Assembly (NCBI GenBank): GCA_947478175.1
Contig: CANJUQ010000007.1
Span: forward strand, 10,364-74,363
Source of the DNA: Thiotrichales bacterium
Lineage (GTDB): Bacteria > Pseudomonadota > Gammaproteobacteria > Francisellales > CACEW01
Reading direction: 5' to 3'
DNA length: 64,000 nt
Positions within the stretch are counted from its first letter, which is position 1. Every line of letters starts with the position of its first letter. The notes below the pieces were generated by a model. That model searched no databases, was not told the origin of the DNA, and saw nothing but the letters and a program-made list of their open reading frames with translations. The translations under genes and the position numbers were made by a program. Below are positions 15,880 through 24,927 of the stretch, in pieces.

Positions 15880-17469
15880 ATGGACAAGTTTCTAAGGTGG
15901 CTGTGCTTTTATCTAGTTGCCTATGCTAATTTGACCTTAGGAAAAACCACTTCAGAGAAGTCCTATGAAAAAGATTTACAACTCGGATCAAGCGAAGGAA
16001 ATTTAAGTAAACCACTCTTGTGCCATGCCTTATCTGATGGCTTTATTGAATTGATATCTCAAGCAGCCTTAACGAGTCAATATGATTATTTAGAACCCTT
16101 TTTAACTGATCTTAAATTGTCTCAAAGTCTTTTTCTTCCTACTCTGAACGGCATGAGTATTAAAAAAGATAACATTATTGTGAGGGTTGGCATCTGCGAC
16201 TCATTGTCAAAACTGTACAACCTAGTGGACAACAGTGAAATTTTAAACTTAATCGATTTTTTGAAGCGAAAAAGAGCCGATTCAAATTTAAAACCATCAC
16301 ACAAACAATTGGCCATGCTTTCTTTTCTATTGAATGAACCTGGCATGGGTTTAAGCCCCTCTATTGCGATGCTTTCAGAAAAAAAAACCGACAAAGTTTT
16401 TAAATTAAGACTAAGAAATGGTGGTCTTCTATCAGCAAAATCCTCTGCAAAGATGACAAAAACCATGATTGAAAAAATTGAAGATGCGAAATTAATTTAT
16501 GTGGGGGACTCTACAGGCTTATCTAACTATGTTCTAACCCTTCCAAAAGGCGTTTACACGCTCTCAATGGGAGCTCCGATTTTTCACACGGTATCATTAC
16601 AAGTAAATGACGACCAAAGAATTAGATTTTTTGATCCCTCAAGCGGCACAATCAATGCCACACCCAATGAATACTTTGCCTCTCTGAATAAACATTTTAA
16701 AACAACTTTATTTAGGTGTGATTTAACAGGCTACGGTAATGCGGCAAGGTCAATCCCGCTGCAATTAGCACTTACTCCATGGGCCGGTTCATTGCTTACT
16801 GCTATTAATGCTCAAGATCTAGAGGGCATTGAACAGATATTGGCTGCAGCCCCTCAACTACTCACTGCCCCTGACCTTTCAGCCCCACCCGTTCATGCTG
16901 CCGTTGCACGTGAAAAATTAGATTCACTACGCTGTTTAGTTGAAAATGGTGCAGATCCTAATACTTTTGATGCAAATGGAAAAACGCCGCTGATCTTTTC
17001 GTTAGTGGAAAAAAAGCCGTTTTTTGTTGTACAAGCATTAATAGAATGTGGCGCAGATCCCAACTTAAGTGATCGGTTGGGACATGTGCCTCTTCTTTTA
17101 GTTGTTTCATCAAAAGATTCTTCCGTAGAAGTGGTCAATGCTTTGCTTAATGTTGGCGCCGACCCTCTTGTAAAAGATCGCGAAGATTCGCCATTAATCG
17201 GCATTGCTATTGCCTATGCTTCACCGGAGATCGTGGCAAGATTACTACAAGATCCAAGGGTCGATCCTAATATGAAAATTACCGTCAAAAGCCGCACTAG
17301 AGGGCGTGTGGCTGTTTCCTTATTAGAGATTGCAAAACAGTTTAAAAGAGAAGATTTAGTAGATGTTATTAAAGCATCTCAAAAAAACAGAAAAACTGGT
17401 TCTTTTGTTTTTGCTCCAGGTACTAGGTCCAGAACATCAATAGAATCCGAAGCCACCGCAGAGGTTTAA
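15880..17469 (+). CDS. Effector-like protein: putative YopT-like (peptidase C58) Cys-protease domain plus C-terminal ankyrin repeats
   Basis: GICDSLSKLY is the candidate Cys. FHTVSLQV..RIRFFDPSSG supplies His and Asp 16 residues apart. Ankyrin repeats are present (APPVHAAVAREKLDSLRCLVENGADPN, GKTPLIFS, ECGADPNLSDRLGHVPLL, LLNVGADPLV). The start is taken at MDKF; the track start is 15820. Confidence 0.6.
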   Translation: MDKFLRWLCFYLVAYANLTLGKTTSEKSYEKDLQLGSSEGNLSKPLLCHALSDGFIELISQAALTSQYDYLEPFLTDLKLSQSLFLPTLNGMSIKKDNIIVRVGICDSLSKLYNLVDNSEILNLIDFLKRKRADSNLKPSHKQLAMLSFLLNEPGMGLSPSIAMLSEKKTDKVFKLRLRNGGLLSAKSSAKMTKTMIEKIEDAKLIYVGDSTGLSNYVLTLPKGVYTLSMGAPIFHTVSLQVNDDQRIRFFDPSSGTINATPNEYFASLNKHFKTTLFRCDLTGYGNAARSIPLQLALTPWAGSLLTAINAQDLEGIEQILAAAPQLLTAPDLSAPPVHAAVAREKLDSLRCLVENGADPNTFDANGKTPLIFSLVEKKPFFVVQALIECGADPNLSDRLGHVPLLLVVSSKDSSVEVVNALLNVGADPLVKDREDSPLIGIAIAYASPEIVARLLQDPRVDPNMKITVKSRTRGRVAVSLLEIAKQFKREDLVDVIKASQKNRKTGSFVFAPGTRSRTSIESEATAEV

Positions 17470-17489
17470 TGGATTTAGGATCTACTGTT

Positions 17490-17841
17490 TGTTGCCTGCC
17501 AAATTTTACACGCAGTGTCGCGACAATTGTCCTGGTCGCATATTGTCTTGCTTTGCCAGATGGACGAAGAGTTAAAACGGGACTTTTATTTACAGATGGC
17601 CTGTATTGAAAAATGGAGCGTCAGGACTTTAAGAGAAAAGGGCTCCATGTTGTTTGAACGAACAGCACTGAGCAAACACCCTGAAGAAGTCATTAAATAT
17701 GAGCTTCAAAAATTAGCCGAGACCCAACAACTGACGCTTAATCTTGAAAATCCTCAAACCCTCAAATCATTGCACCCTTCATTGCACCCTGTCCCTTTCA
17801 GTCTTAATATGCGCCGGCTTTTTAGCTTAGGAGATCTTTGA
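17490..17841 (+). pseudogene. Fragment of a DUF1016/YhcG-family nuclease gene (central region only)
   Basis: QLSWSHIVLLCQMDEELKRDFYLQMACIEKWSVRTLREK..MLFERTALSK aligns by eye with LSWSAYVCLLSVKNPEARRFYEIEAFRCGWSVRQLARQI..FYERIALSR of the intact copy at 24928-26100. The N-terminus and the PD-(D/E)XK C-terminal domain are missing. Confidence 0.7.
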
Positions 17842-18630
17842 TTGTCTGACGTCACGCCGCCCCCCAAAAATTCATCTAATCCATCGGATTCTAATTTTTT
17901 AAAATCGATAGGATTTATTTTATCTAAGAGTGTTGAGCTGGTTCGGCAGTCTTATCATCGATTATTTATCATTGCTTTTGTTCAGGCTTTATTGATTCGT
18001 TTAGCCATGGTGTTATTTCCCTTACCGCAGGGCGCCATGATGGGTGACATGGCTGATATCAATGCAGGCACGGTGATGGGTTTATTAGGTCTGGCTGTCA
18101 TTGTTTTATTAGTCGGAGCCATTGGGAATGCGTTAATGCAGGCCTGCTTTGTCTCAAAAATTCGAGATCAATCAGCCCGCATGGGCGAAGTGTTTAATTT
18201 TGTTTTTCATAAAGCAGGGCGATTGTTTTCAGCCTGTGTGATTTATTATTCATTGATGACATTAGGCATGATGCTTTATGTTTTACCGGCTGTTTTGTTA
18301 GGCGCCGTGTTTTTTTTATATTTGCCCAGCTTGTTATTTGAGGAAGAAGTGACGGCCTTGGGAGCGCTTAAAAGAAGTTGGCAATTAACACGCACAAAAT
18401 TTGGAATAATGCTGGTGCTTTATATCTTTACGTCTTTGTTGTATCTCTTGCCACAGTTATTAATTCAAGATTTAAATTTTTTGAATATCTCAGGAGCAAT
18501 CTTAAATGTCCTGATGATTTTTGCGGCCTCACTGACTTTACCGTTATGTAACGCCATTTGTGTGACGACTTATTCTTATCGTCGGTTAGAAATTGCAGCT
18601 AAGACGAAGCCTGTTAAGACGGCTTCTTAA
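17842..18630 (+). CDS. Polytopic membrane protein (YciC/DUF975-like topology), hypothetical
   Basis: A 262-aa protein with several long hydrophobic segments and a TTG start. The family assignment is only a topology impression. Confidence 0.5.
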   Translation: MSDVTPPPKNSSNPSDSNFLKSIGFILSKSVELVRQSYHRLFIIAFVQALLIRLAMVLFPLPQGAMMGDMADINAGTVMGLLGLAVIVLLVGAIGNALMQACFVSKIRDQSARMGEVFNFVFHKAGRLFSACVIYYSLMTLGMMLYVLPAVLLGAVFFLYLPSLLFEEEVTALGALKRSWQLTRTKFGIMLVLYIFTSLLYLLPQLLIQDLNFLNISGAILNVLMIFAASLTLPLCNAICVTTYSYRRLEIAAKTKPVKTAS

Positions 18631-18742
18631 GTATTTTTTTAATGGTTGATTAATCGGCGAATCGGCGATTGATCTAGTGCATATTAAAATCACTATCGCT
18701 ATAATCGCGCCCCTTTAAAGGCCAAGCGTTTTGGAGAAAGCC

Positions 18743-19165
18743 ATGTTTGAATTAGGTTTGCATCAATTTGAACCTTTCAAAGAGAAAAAAGGTGAGACTT
18801 ATATGGGGCCGCGCATGTTGGCGCACTTCTTTGCTATTTTGATGGATTGGAAAAAAAGTTTAATGACGGAAGTTGATCGGACAGTGTCTTATATGAAAGA
18901 CGAAGCGAATAATTTTCCGGATCCTGTGGACCGTGCGACTCAAGAAGAAGAATTTAGTTTAGAGCTCAGAACACGAGATCGTGAGCGTAAGTTAATTCGA
19001 AAAATTGATCAATCTCTCGCAGAGATCAAATCAGAAGATTATGGTTATTGCCATTCTTGTGGGATTGAAATTGGTTTGCGTCGCTTAGAAGCTAGACCCA
19101 CAGCGACTTTGTGTATTGACTGTAAGACGTTGGATGAAATCAAAGAAAAACAGCTGTATAGCTAA
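18743..19165 (+). CDS. dksA: RNA polymerase-binding transcription factor DksA
   Basis: Contains NFPDPVDRATQEEEFSLELRTRDRERKLI and the Zn finger CHSCG...CIDCK. The ATG at 18743 is preceded by GGAGA; the track start is TTG at 18731. Confidence 0.95.
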   Translation: MFELGLHQFEPFKEKKGETYMGPRMLAHFFAILMDWKKSLMTEVDRTVSYMKDEANNFPDPVDRATQEEEFSLELRTRDRERKLIRKIDQSLAEIKSEDYGYCHSCGIEIGLRRLEARPTATLCIDCKTLDEIKEKQLYS

Positions 19166-19205
19166 TTAGATAAATGTAGATAAATAATTAAATTAAAAAC
19201 TAGGT

Positions 19206-22200
19206 TTGGACTGCATGACAGAGAGACGTATTTTTGCGGGTGATTGTGGCTTAGAAATTGATCAAATAGATTTCCGCGCGGTTGATATTGTATTAACCCT
19301 TCAAGATGCTGGTTTCGAGGCCTATATCGTTGGTGGTGGCGTTCGGGATTTGTTATTAGGGAAAAACCCTAAAGATTTTGATATTGCGACCAGCGCTCAC
19401 CCAGAAGAAATTCGAAGTTTATTTAAAAATTGCCGTTTGATTGGTCGACGTTTTCGATTGGCGCATATTTTTTTTAGAAATCATATTATCGAAGTCGCGA
19501 CTTTTAGGGGCGATCATACTCAAGCAGATCATGAAGGTCTGGGAAGTACTCATGAGTCAGGTTTAATTTTAAGAGATAACGTTTTTGGGACGCTCGAAGA
19601 AGATGCCTGTCGGCGTGATTTTACGATCAATGCCTTGTATTACGATCCGGCTTCTGAAGAAATTTTAGATTTTACGGGTGGAATTGACGATCTTTATTCC
19701 AGAACATTGCGTTTGATCGGCGATCCTGAAAAACGGTTCCATGAAGACCCCGTGAGATTATTACGAGCAGCAAGATTTGTAGGAAAATTGGGATTGACAG
19801 TTGAGCCTAAAACTGCAGCAGCGATGGGCCTTGCTAAAAATTTATTGCAGCAGGCTTCGCCTTCGCGTTTATTTGATGAATATTCCAAATTTTTCTTGCA
19901 TGGCCATGCAACTGAAGTTTTTGAAGCATTGGGGTCTTTTGGGTTATTAAATTTTTTATTTCCCCATATCGATTCTAATAGCCAAGATCTTAATATTCAG
20001 AAGATGACGCACCAGGCTTTATTAAATACAGATGCTCGGATCGCCGAAGGAAAGTCTCTCAATCCTGCTTTTTTATTAGCTGTGTTTTTATGGCATCCCA
20101 TGCAAGAAAAACAGCGTGAATATCTGGCTCAATCCAATGCTCCTTATGATGCTTATTTACAAGCGACTAATACGGTTTTATCTGAGCAAGTAAATTGTCT
20201 GGCGATTCCAAAAAGACTGACTCAGACCATTCGAGAAATTTGGTATTTGCAGCATTTACTAGAACGTCGTCGCCCTCGCCAAGTCTTAACTTTATTGCAT
20301 CATAAAAGATTTAGAGCCGCGTATGATTTTTTACTATTGCGATCTGAAATAGGCGAAGTGCCTGTTGAACTCGCTGAATGGTGGACCGTATTTCAGACTT
20401 TAACGATTGCTCAGCAGAAAGAATGGATTCGGGGTTTGAATTCTGCCAAGAAACATTCAGAAAAAAATTCAGAAAAAAATATAGATTTTTTGGATCTAGT
20501 AGGGGAGGGCGGTGGGCTGCCCTCAAATAACGATGAAAATGGCAGCCAGAATGATGGAAAGGACAGTGCCCCTACAGAAGATGTTATGGCAGATTCCAAT
20601 GATTCTAAAAACTCTAAGAACTATGAATCTTTATGGTCACAGCTGTCTGGATTAGCTAAAAAACATAGAACACCCGCTATAAAAACTTTATTTCAAGAAG
20701 ACTGGGATCGTTTTATTAAATTTTCAGTGGAAGGTGCGGGAATTTTTTTAGATTTTTCTAAAAATAGAATCACAGATGAAAGTTTTAATTTATTAATAGA
20801 ACTGGCCCATGAATCTAATTTGGCTGAAAAGATTGACCAATTATTTTCTGGAGACTGGGTTAATAATACGGAAAAAAGACCGGCGCTTCATATGGCCTGT
20901 CGCGCTAAAGGACTCCTAGAAGAAGGTTTCCCAGAAGAAGGTTTCCCAGAAGAAGTCATTGAGAAAGTTCTGGCAGAAAAATCCAAGATGCGGGAATTTG
21001 TTTCACGGGTTCATTCGGGTCAATGGACCGGTGAGACAGGCGAGAGAATTACAGATATTGTAAATCTGGGCATTGGAGGTTCTGATTTGGGGCCCCATAT
21101 GGTTATTGATGCATTGAGAGCTGATTGGACAGGGCATCTCAAAGCTCATTTTGTGTCCAATATTGATGGCGCTGCGTTAGAGCAAGTTTTAAATCAATTA
21201 GATCCCACCAAGACTTTATTTATTTTGGCCTCTAAATCTTTTTCGACGCAAGAGACTTTGCAAAATGCTAAAACGGCTCGAGATTGGCTAGTTAAAAAAT
21301 TAGGCCCTAAAGCCACAGAAAAACACTTTATAGCCATTACTTCTAAGCCAAAACTGGCTGAACAGTTTGGCATGAAAGCTAGCTCTTGTTTTGAAATGTG
21401 GGATTTTGTGGGGGGTCGTTATTCACTCTGGTCTGCTATTGGATTACCCATTGCTTTGATGATTGGCATGGATAATTTTGAGCAATTATTATCTGGCGCT
21501 CGAGCGATGGATCAGCATTTTAAAGACAGTGATTTTAATCAAAATCTGCCAGTGATTCTTGCCATGTTAGGTGTCTGGTACAGAAATCTTTGGAACTTTG
21601 AAACTCATGCTGTTTTGCCTTATGACGACCGTCTGGGTTTATTCCCTAGTTATTTGCAGCAACTTGATATGGAATCCAATGGCAAGCGGGTGTCTCAATC
21701 AGGAAAAACTTTACATTGGCAAACCGGGCCTGTTATTTGGGGCGGTGTTGGGACGAATGGTCAGCACGCGTTTCACCAGTTATTACATCAGGGAACCAGC
21801 GTGATTCCTGCGGATTTTATTTTGGTTAAAACTCCCCATCATCATTTAAAAGACCATCATGAAATTTTGTTATCCCATGGGCTTGCTCAAATGCAAGCGC
21901 TTATGAATGGCAAGACAGAAGATGAAGCGTATCGAGAGTTGGTTGATTCTGGAATGAATCCATCAGAGGCGCAAACTCTGGCACCGCATAAAGTAATTAT
22001 TGGAAATAAACCCTGTAATGCGATTGTTTTAAACAAATTAACGCCTGAAGCTTTGGGGGCTCTAATAGCGCTGTATGAACATAAAGTATTTGTTCAAAGT
22101 GTGATTTGGGGGATTAATCCTTTTGATCAGTGGGGTGTCGAACTAGGAAAGCAATTAGCGGGGCCGTTATTAAAATCTTTGCATGATAAAAAATCTGAGG

Positions 22201-22247
22201 ATTTTGATGCATCGACTAATGGTTTGATTCGAAGATTGATTTTTTAA
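19206..22247 (+). CDS. pcnB-pgi: Single 1013-aa ORF fusing poly(A) polymerase I (PcnB, ~aa 1-400) to glucose-6-phosphate isomerase (Pgi, ~aa 470-1013) through a low-complexity repeat linker
   Basis: The PcnB half has GGGVRDLLLGKNPKDFDIAT and RLIGRRFRLAHIFF. The Pgi half has DFSKNRIT, NTEKRPALHMACR, GIGGSDLGP, SKSFSTQET and ESNGK. No in-frame stop separates the two halves. An in-frame ATG lies at 20586. Confidence 0.85.
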   Translation: MDCMTERRIFAGDCGLEIDQIDFRAVDIVLTLQDAGFEAYIVGGGVRDLLLGKNPKDFDIATSAHPEEIRSLFKNCRLIGRRFRLAHIFFRNHIIEVATFRGDHTQADHEGLGSTHESGLILRDNVFGTLEEDACRRDFTINALYYDPASEEILDFTGGIDDLYSRTLRLIGDPEKRFHEDPVRLLRAARFVGKLGLTVEPKTAAAMGLAKNLLQQASPSRLFDEYSKFFLHGHATEVFEALGSFGLLNFLFPHIDSNSQDLNIQKMTHQALLNTDARIAEGKSLNPAFLLAVFLWHPMQEKQREYLAQSNAPYDAYLQATNTVLSEQVNCLAIPKRLTQTIREIWYLQHLLERRRPRQVLTLLHHKRFRAAYDFLLLRSEIGEVPVELAEWWTVFQTLTIAQQKEWIRGLNSAKKHSEKNSEKNIDFLDLVGEGGGLPSNNDENGSQNDGKDSAPTEDVMADSNDSKNSKNYESLWSQLSGLAKKHRTPAIKTLFQEDWDRFIKFSVEGAGIFLDFSKNRITDESFNLLIELAHESNLAEKIDQLFSGDWVNNTEKRPALHMACRAKGLLEEGFPEEGFPEEVIEKVLAEKSKMREFVSRVHSGQWTGETGERITDIVNLGIGGSDLGPHMVIDALRADWTGHLKAHFVSNIDGAALEQVLNQLDPTKTLFILASKSFSTQETLQNAKTARDWLVKKLGPKATEKHFIAITSKPKLAEQFGMKASSCFEMWDFVGGRYSLWSAIGLPIALMIGMDNFEQLLSGARAMDQHFKDSDFNQNLPVILAMLGVWYRNLWNFETHAVLPYDDRLGLFPSYLQQLDMESNGKRVSQSGKTLHWQTGPVIWGGVGTNGQHAFHQLLHQGTSVIPADFILVKTPHHHLKDHHEILLSHGLAQMQALMNGKTEDEAYRELVDSGMNPSEAQTLAPHKVIIGNKPCNAIVLNKLTPEALGALIALYEHKVFVQSVIWGINPFDQWGVELGKQLAGPLLKSLHDKKSEDFDASTNGLIRRLIF

Positions 22248-22351
22248 AATTTTATAGACCCAACAACATCGCTTTGTTATGATGCCGCCCGCTTTGGGCT
22301 GGTCGCGGCCAAAGTTTTATAAATAAATTCAAAATTAAGAGGTTTTATTCC

Positions 22352-23104
22352 ATGAGTACAGGTCATATTGACTATGTTATCGAAGCCCAGTCACGTGAAG
22401 ATGCAGGGAAGGGTGCGAGCCGCCGCCTTCGTCGAGCTGGCCAAATTCCAGGTGTTGTTTACGGCGCTGGAAAACCTGCAAAATCTATTTTGTTAGATCA
22501 CAATAAAGTTTTGCATCATTCAGAACATGAGTCTTTTTACTCGTCAGTTTTAAAATTAAAAATCGACGGAAAAGATGACGGTGAAGTTCTATTAAAAGGC
22601 CTCCAACGCCATCCGTTTAAGCCAAAATTGGTTCATATTGATTTACATCGTATTCGCTCTGATGTGGCAATTCGTGTTCATGTTCCATTGCACTTTACAG
22701 GCGAAGACGTTGCACCGGGTGTGAAATTAGCGGGTGGTATGGTCAATCACATGATGTCAGATATTCATGTCAGCTGTTTGCCAAGATTCTTGCCAGAATC
22801 TTTGACGGTTGATTTGTCTGCTTTGGGCATGGGTGACAGTATTTATCTATCTCAAATTAAATTACCAGAAGGTGTCGAAATCGTTGCCCTAATGGGTGAA
22901 GAACCTAATGATCTTCCTGTTGCTGCTATTCATGCATTGAAAGCTACCAAAGAAGACGATACTTCTGCTCCTGTCATTGCTAGCGCTGTTCCTGCTTCTA
23001 AAGTCAAAGAAAATAAAGACGATGGTAAAGACGGCAGCACTAAAGACAATAAAGGCGGCAATAAAGACGGTAAAGACAAGAAAGATAAAAAAGATAAAAA
23101 ATAA
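22352..23104 (+). CDS. rplY: 50S ribosomal protein L25 / general stress protein Ctc, with a K/D-rich C-terminal tail
   Basis: Contains R...GKGASRRLRRAGQIPGVVYG and HPFKPKLVHIDL motifs. The tail reads KDGKDKKDKKDKK. Confidence 0.92.
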   Translation: MSTGHIDYVIEAQSREDAGKGASRRLRRAGQIPGVVYGAGKPAKSILLDHNKVLHHSEHESFYSSVLKLKIDGKDDGEVLLKGLQRHPFKPKLVHIDLHRIRSDVAIRVHVPLHFTGEDVAPGVKLAGGMVNHMMSDIHVSCLPRFLPESLTVDLSALGMGDSIYLSQIKLPEGVEIVALMGEEPNDLPVAAIHALKATKEDDTSAPVIASAVPASKVKENKDDGKDGSTKDNKGGNKDGKDKKDKKDKK

Positions 23105-23148
23105 TTTTTATTAACTTTATTAACTTTATTAACTAAAAGAAGGCTCTT

Positions 23149-23706
23149 GTGAAGCTCATTGTTGGACTGGGTAATCCAGGTAAAGAATATGAGGGCACAC
23201 GGCATAACGCCGGTGCATGGCTAGTCCGTGCACTGGCGTCTTCTTTTGGGGTTGTTTTTACGTGGGATTCGAAGTTTCAGGGTGAGATTGCCAGAGTTCA
23301 AAAAAATGGCTGGGATTTTCGTTTATTGATTCCTGCGACTTACATGAATCTCAGTGGTCAGGCTATTAAAGCCGCCGCGAATTTTTATAAAATTTTACCG
23401 TCAGAAATCTTAGTCATTCATGATGAGATTGATTTACCTCCCGGTGAGCTGAAATTAAAAATCGGTGGGGGTGACGGCGGTCAGCGGGGCGTCAGAAATA
23501 CGATGGCTCATCTAGGTCCTGATTTTTGGAGGCTCAGAATTGGCGTAGGTCATCCTGGGATTAAGCAAGATGTCGCTGATTATGTTTTACATGCACCCTC
23601 TAAAGCTGACAGAGCATTAATTAATCAGACAATAGATAGATCAATTGCTGATATGGATTTGATTTTAGATGGCCAGACAGATCGGTTTATGAATCAAAAC
23701 CATTAA
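23149..23706 (+). CDS. pth: Peptidyl-tRNA hydrolase
   Basis: Contains LIVGLGNPG..Y..TRHNAG, YMNLSG and HDE.DLP.G motifs. The start is GTG. Confidence 0.95.
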   Translation: MKLIVGLGNPGKEYEGTRHNAGAWLVRALASSFGVVFTWDSKFQGEIARVQKNGWDFRLLIPATYMNLSGQAIKAAANFYKILPSEILVIHDEIDLPPGELKLKIGGGDGGQRGVRNTMAHLGPDFWRLRIGVGHPGIKQDVADYVLHAPSKADRALINQTIDRSIADMDLILDGQTDRFMNQNH

Positions 23707-23784
23707 TTTTATTTTATTTATATTTATTTATATTTTTTTAATTTTTTTTAAATTTTAATTATTAATTATTAGGACTACTGGGCT

Positions 23785-24876
23785 ATGGGATTTAATTGCG
23801 GAATTGTGGGGTTACCCAACGTCGGAAAATCGACTTTATTTAATGCGCTGACCAATGCCAATATTCAGGCAGAAAATTATCCTTTTTGTACGATTGATCC
23901 GAATGTCGGAATTGTTTTAGTTCCTGATTCTAGGATGGATTTATTAGCTCAAATTGTTAAGCCTCAAAGAACTGTTCCAACGACGATGGAATTTGTAGAT
24001 ATCGCAGGTCTGGTAGCGGGAGCTTCTCAAGGTGAGGGCCTGGGTAATAAATTTTTAGCCACTATTCGAGAAGTCGATGCGATTGCTCATGTGGTCCGCT
24101 GTTTCAACGATGACAATGTGATTCATGTGTCTGGAAAAGTCAGTCCTAAAGATGATATTGAAATTATTAATACAGAATTGATTTTGGCTGATATGGATTC
24201 CGCTCAAAAAGCGGTATTTAAACTCTCTAAAAATGCCCGAAGCGGTGATGCCAAAGCCAAAGAAGAGCTTGAGTTGGGCCAAAAAATATTGGCGCATTTA
24301 GAAAAAGGTGAATCAGCCAGAACTTTAAGTTACCCAGAAGCTTTGATTCCCTTTGTTCAGTCTTTACAGCTCATGACTAGCAAGAAAGTTTTATATATCG
24401 CCAATGTCGCTGAAGATGGCTTTGAAAATAATTTTTTATTAGATCAAGTCTTGGAAATTGCTAAAGCAGAAGGCTCTCAAGTGGTCCCCGTGTGTGCAGC
24501 GATTGAAGCTGAATTACAAAATTTATCTAAAGCAGATGCCCAGGAATTTTTAGAGACTTTAGGTTTAAAAGAGCCTGGTTTAAATCGAGTCATTCGTGCG
24601 GGTTATCAATTATTAAATTTACAGACTTATTTTACAGCCGGTGAAAAAGAAGTCCGAGCTTGGACGATTCCCATTGGCGCGACTGGCCCTCAAGCGGCTG
24701 GGGTTATTCATACGGATTTTGAACGCGGTTTTATTAAAGCCGAAGTGATTGCCTATGAAGATTTTGTGCAATTTAAAGGTGAGCAGGGTGCGAAAGAAGC
24801 TGGGAAATGGCGACAAGAAGGTAAAGATTATGTCGTCAAAGATGGGGACGTGATTCACTTTAGATTCAATGTTTAG
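23785..24876 (+). CDS. ychF: Redox-regulated ATPase YchF
   Basis: Contains [26 protein letters not shown] and a C-terminal TGS-like FIKAEVI..DG.....F.FNV region. Confidence 0.96.
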   Translation: MGFNCGIVGLPNVGKSTLFNALTNANIQAENYPFCTIDPNVGIVLVPDSRMDLLAQIVKPQRTVPTTMEFVDIAGLVAGASQGEGLGNKFLATIREVDAIAHVVRCFNDDNVIHVSGKVSPKDDIEIINTELILADMDSAQKAVFKLSKNARSGDAKAKEELELGQKILAHLEKGESARTLSYPEALIPFVQSLQLMTSKKVLYIANVAEDGFENNFLLDQVLEIAKAEGSQVVPVCAAIEAELQNLSKADAQEFLETLGLKEPGLNRVIRAGYQLLNLQTYFTAGEKEVRAWTIPIGATGPQAAGVIHTDFERGFIKAEVIAYEDFVQFKGEQGAKEAGKWRQEGKDYVVKDGDVIHFRFNV

Positions 24877-24927
24877 ATAGCTTAAAATACTCCCGATTTT
24901 TATTTTTAAAAAAATAAGGGGCTAGTT

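Noticed and set aside
19206-22247. Treating pcnB and pgi as two ordinary adjacent genes
   Set aside because: There is no in-frame stop codon between the two homology regions in the sequence as given. I therefore report the fusion as seen and flag possible sequencing error or internal initiation instead.
23707-23784. AT-only low-complexity block (TATTTATTTATA..., ATTAATTATTAATTATT) as a functional element
   Set aside because: It is probably just an AT-rich spacer or promoter region for ychF. No defined repeat unit or structure stands out beyond simple-sequence bias.
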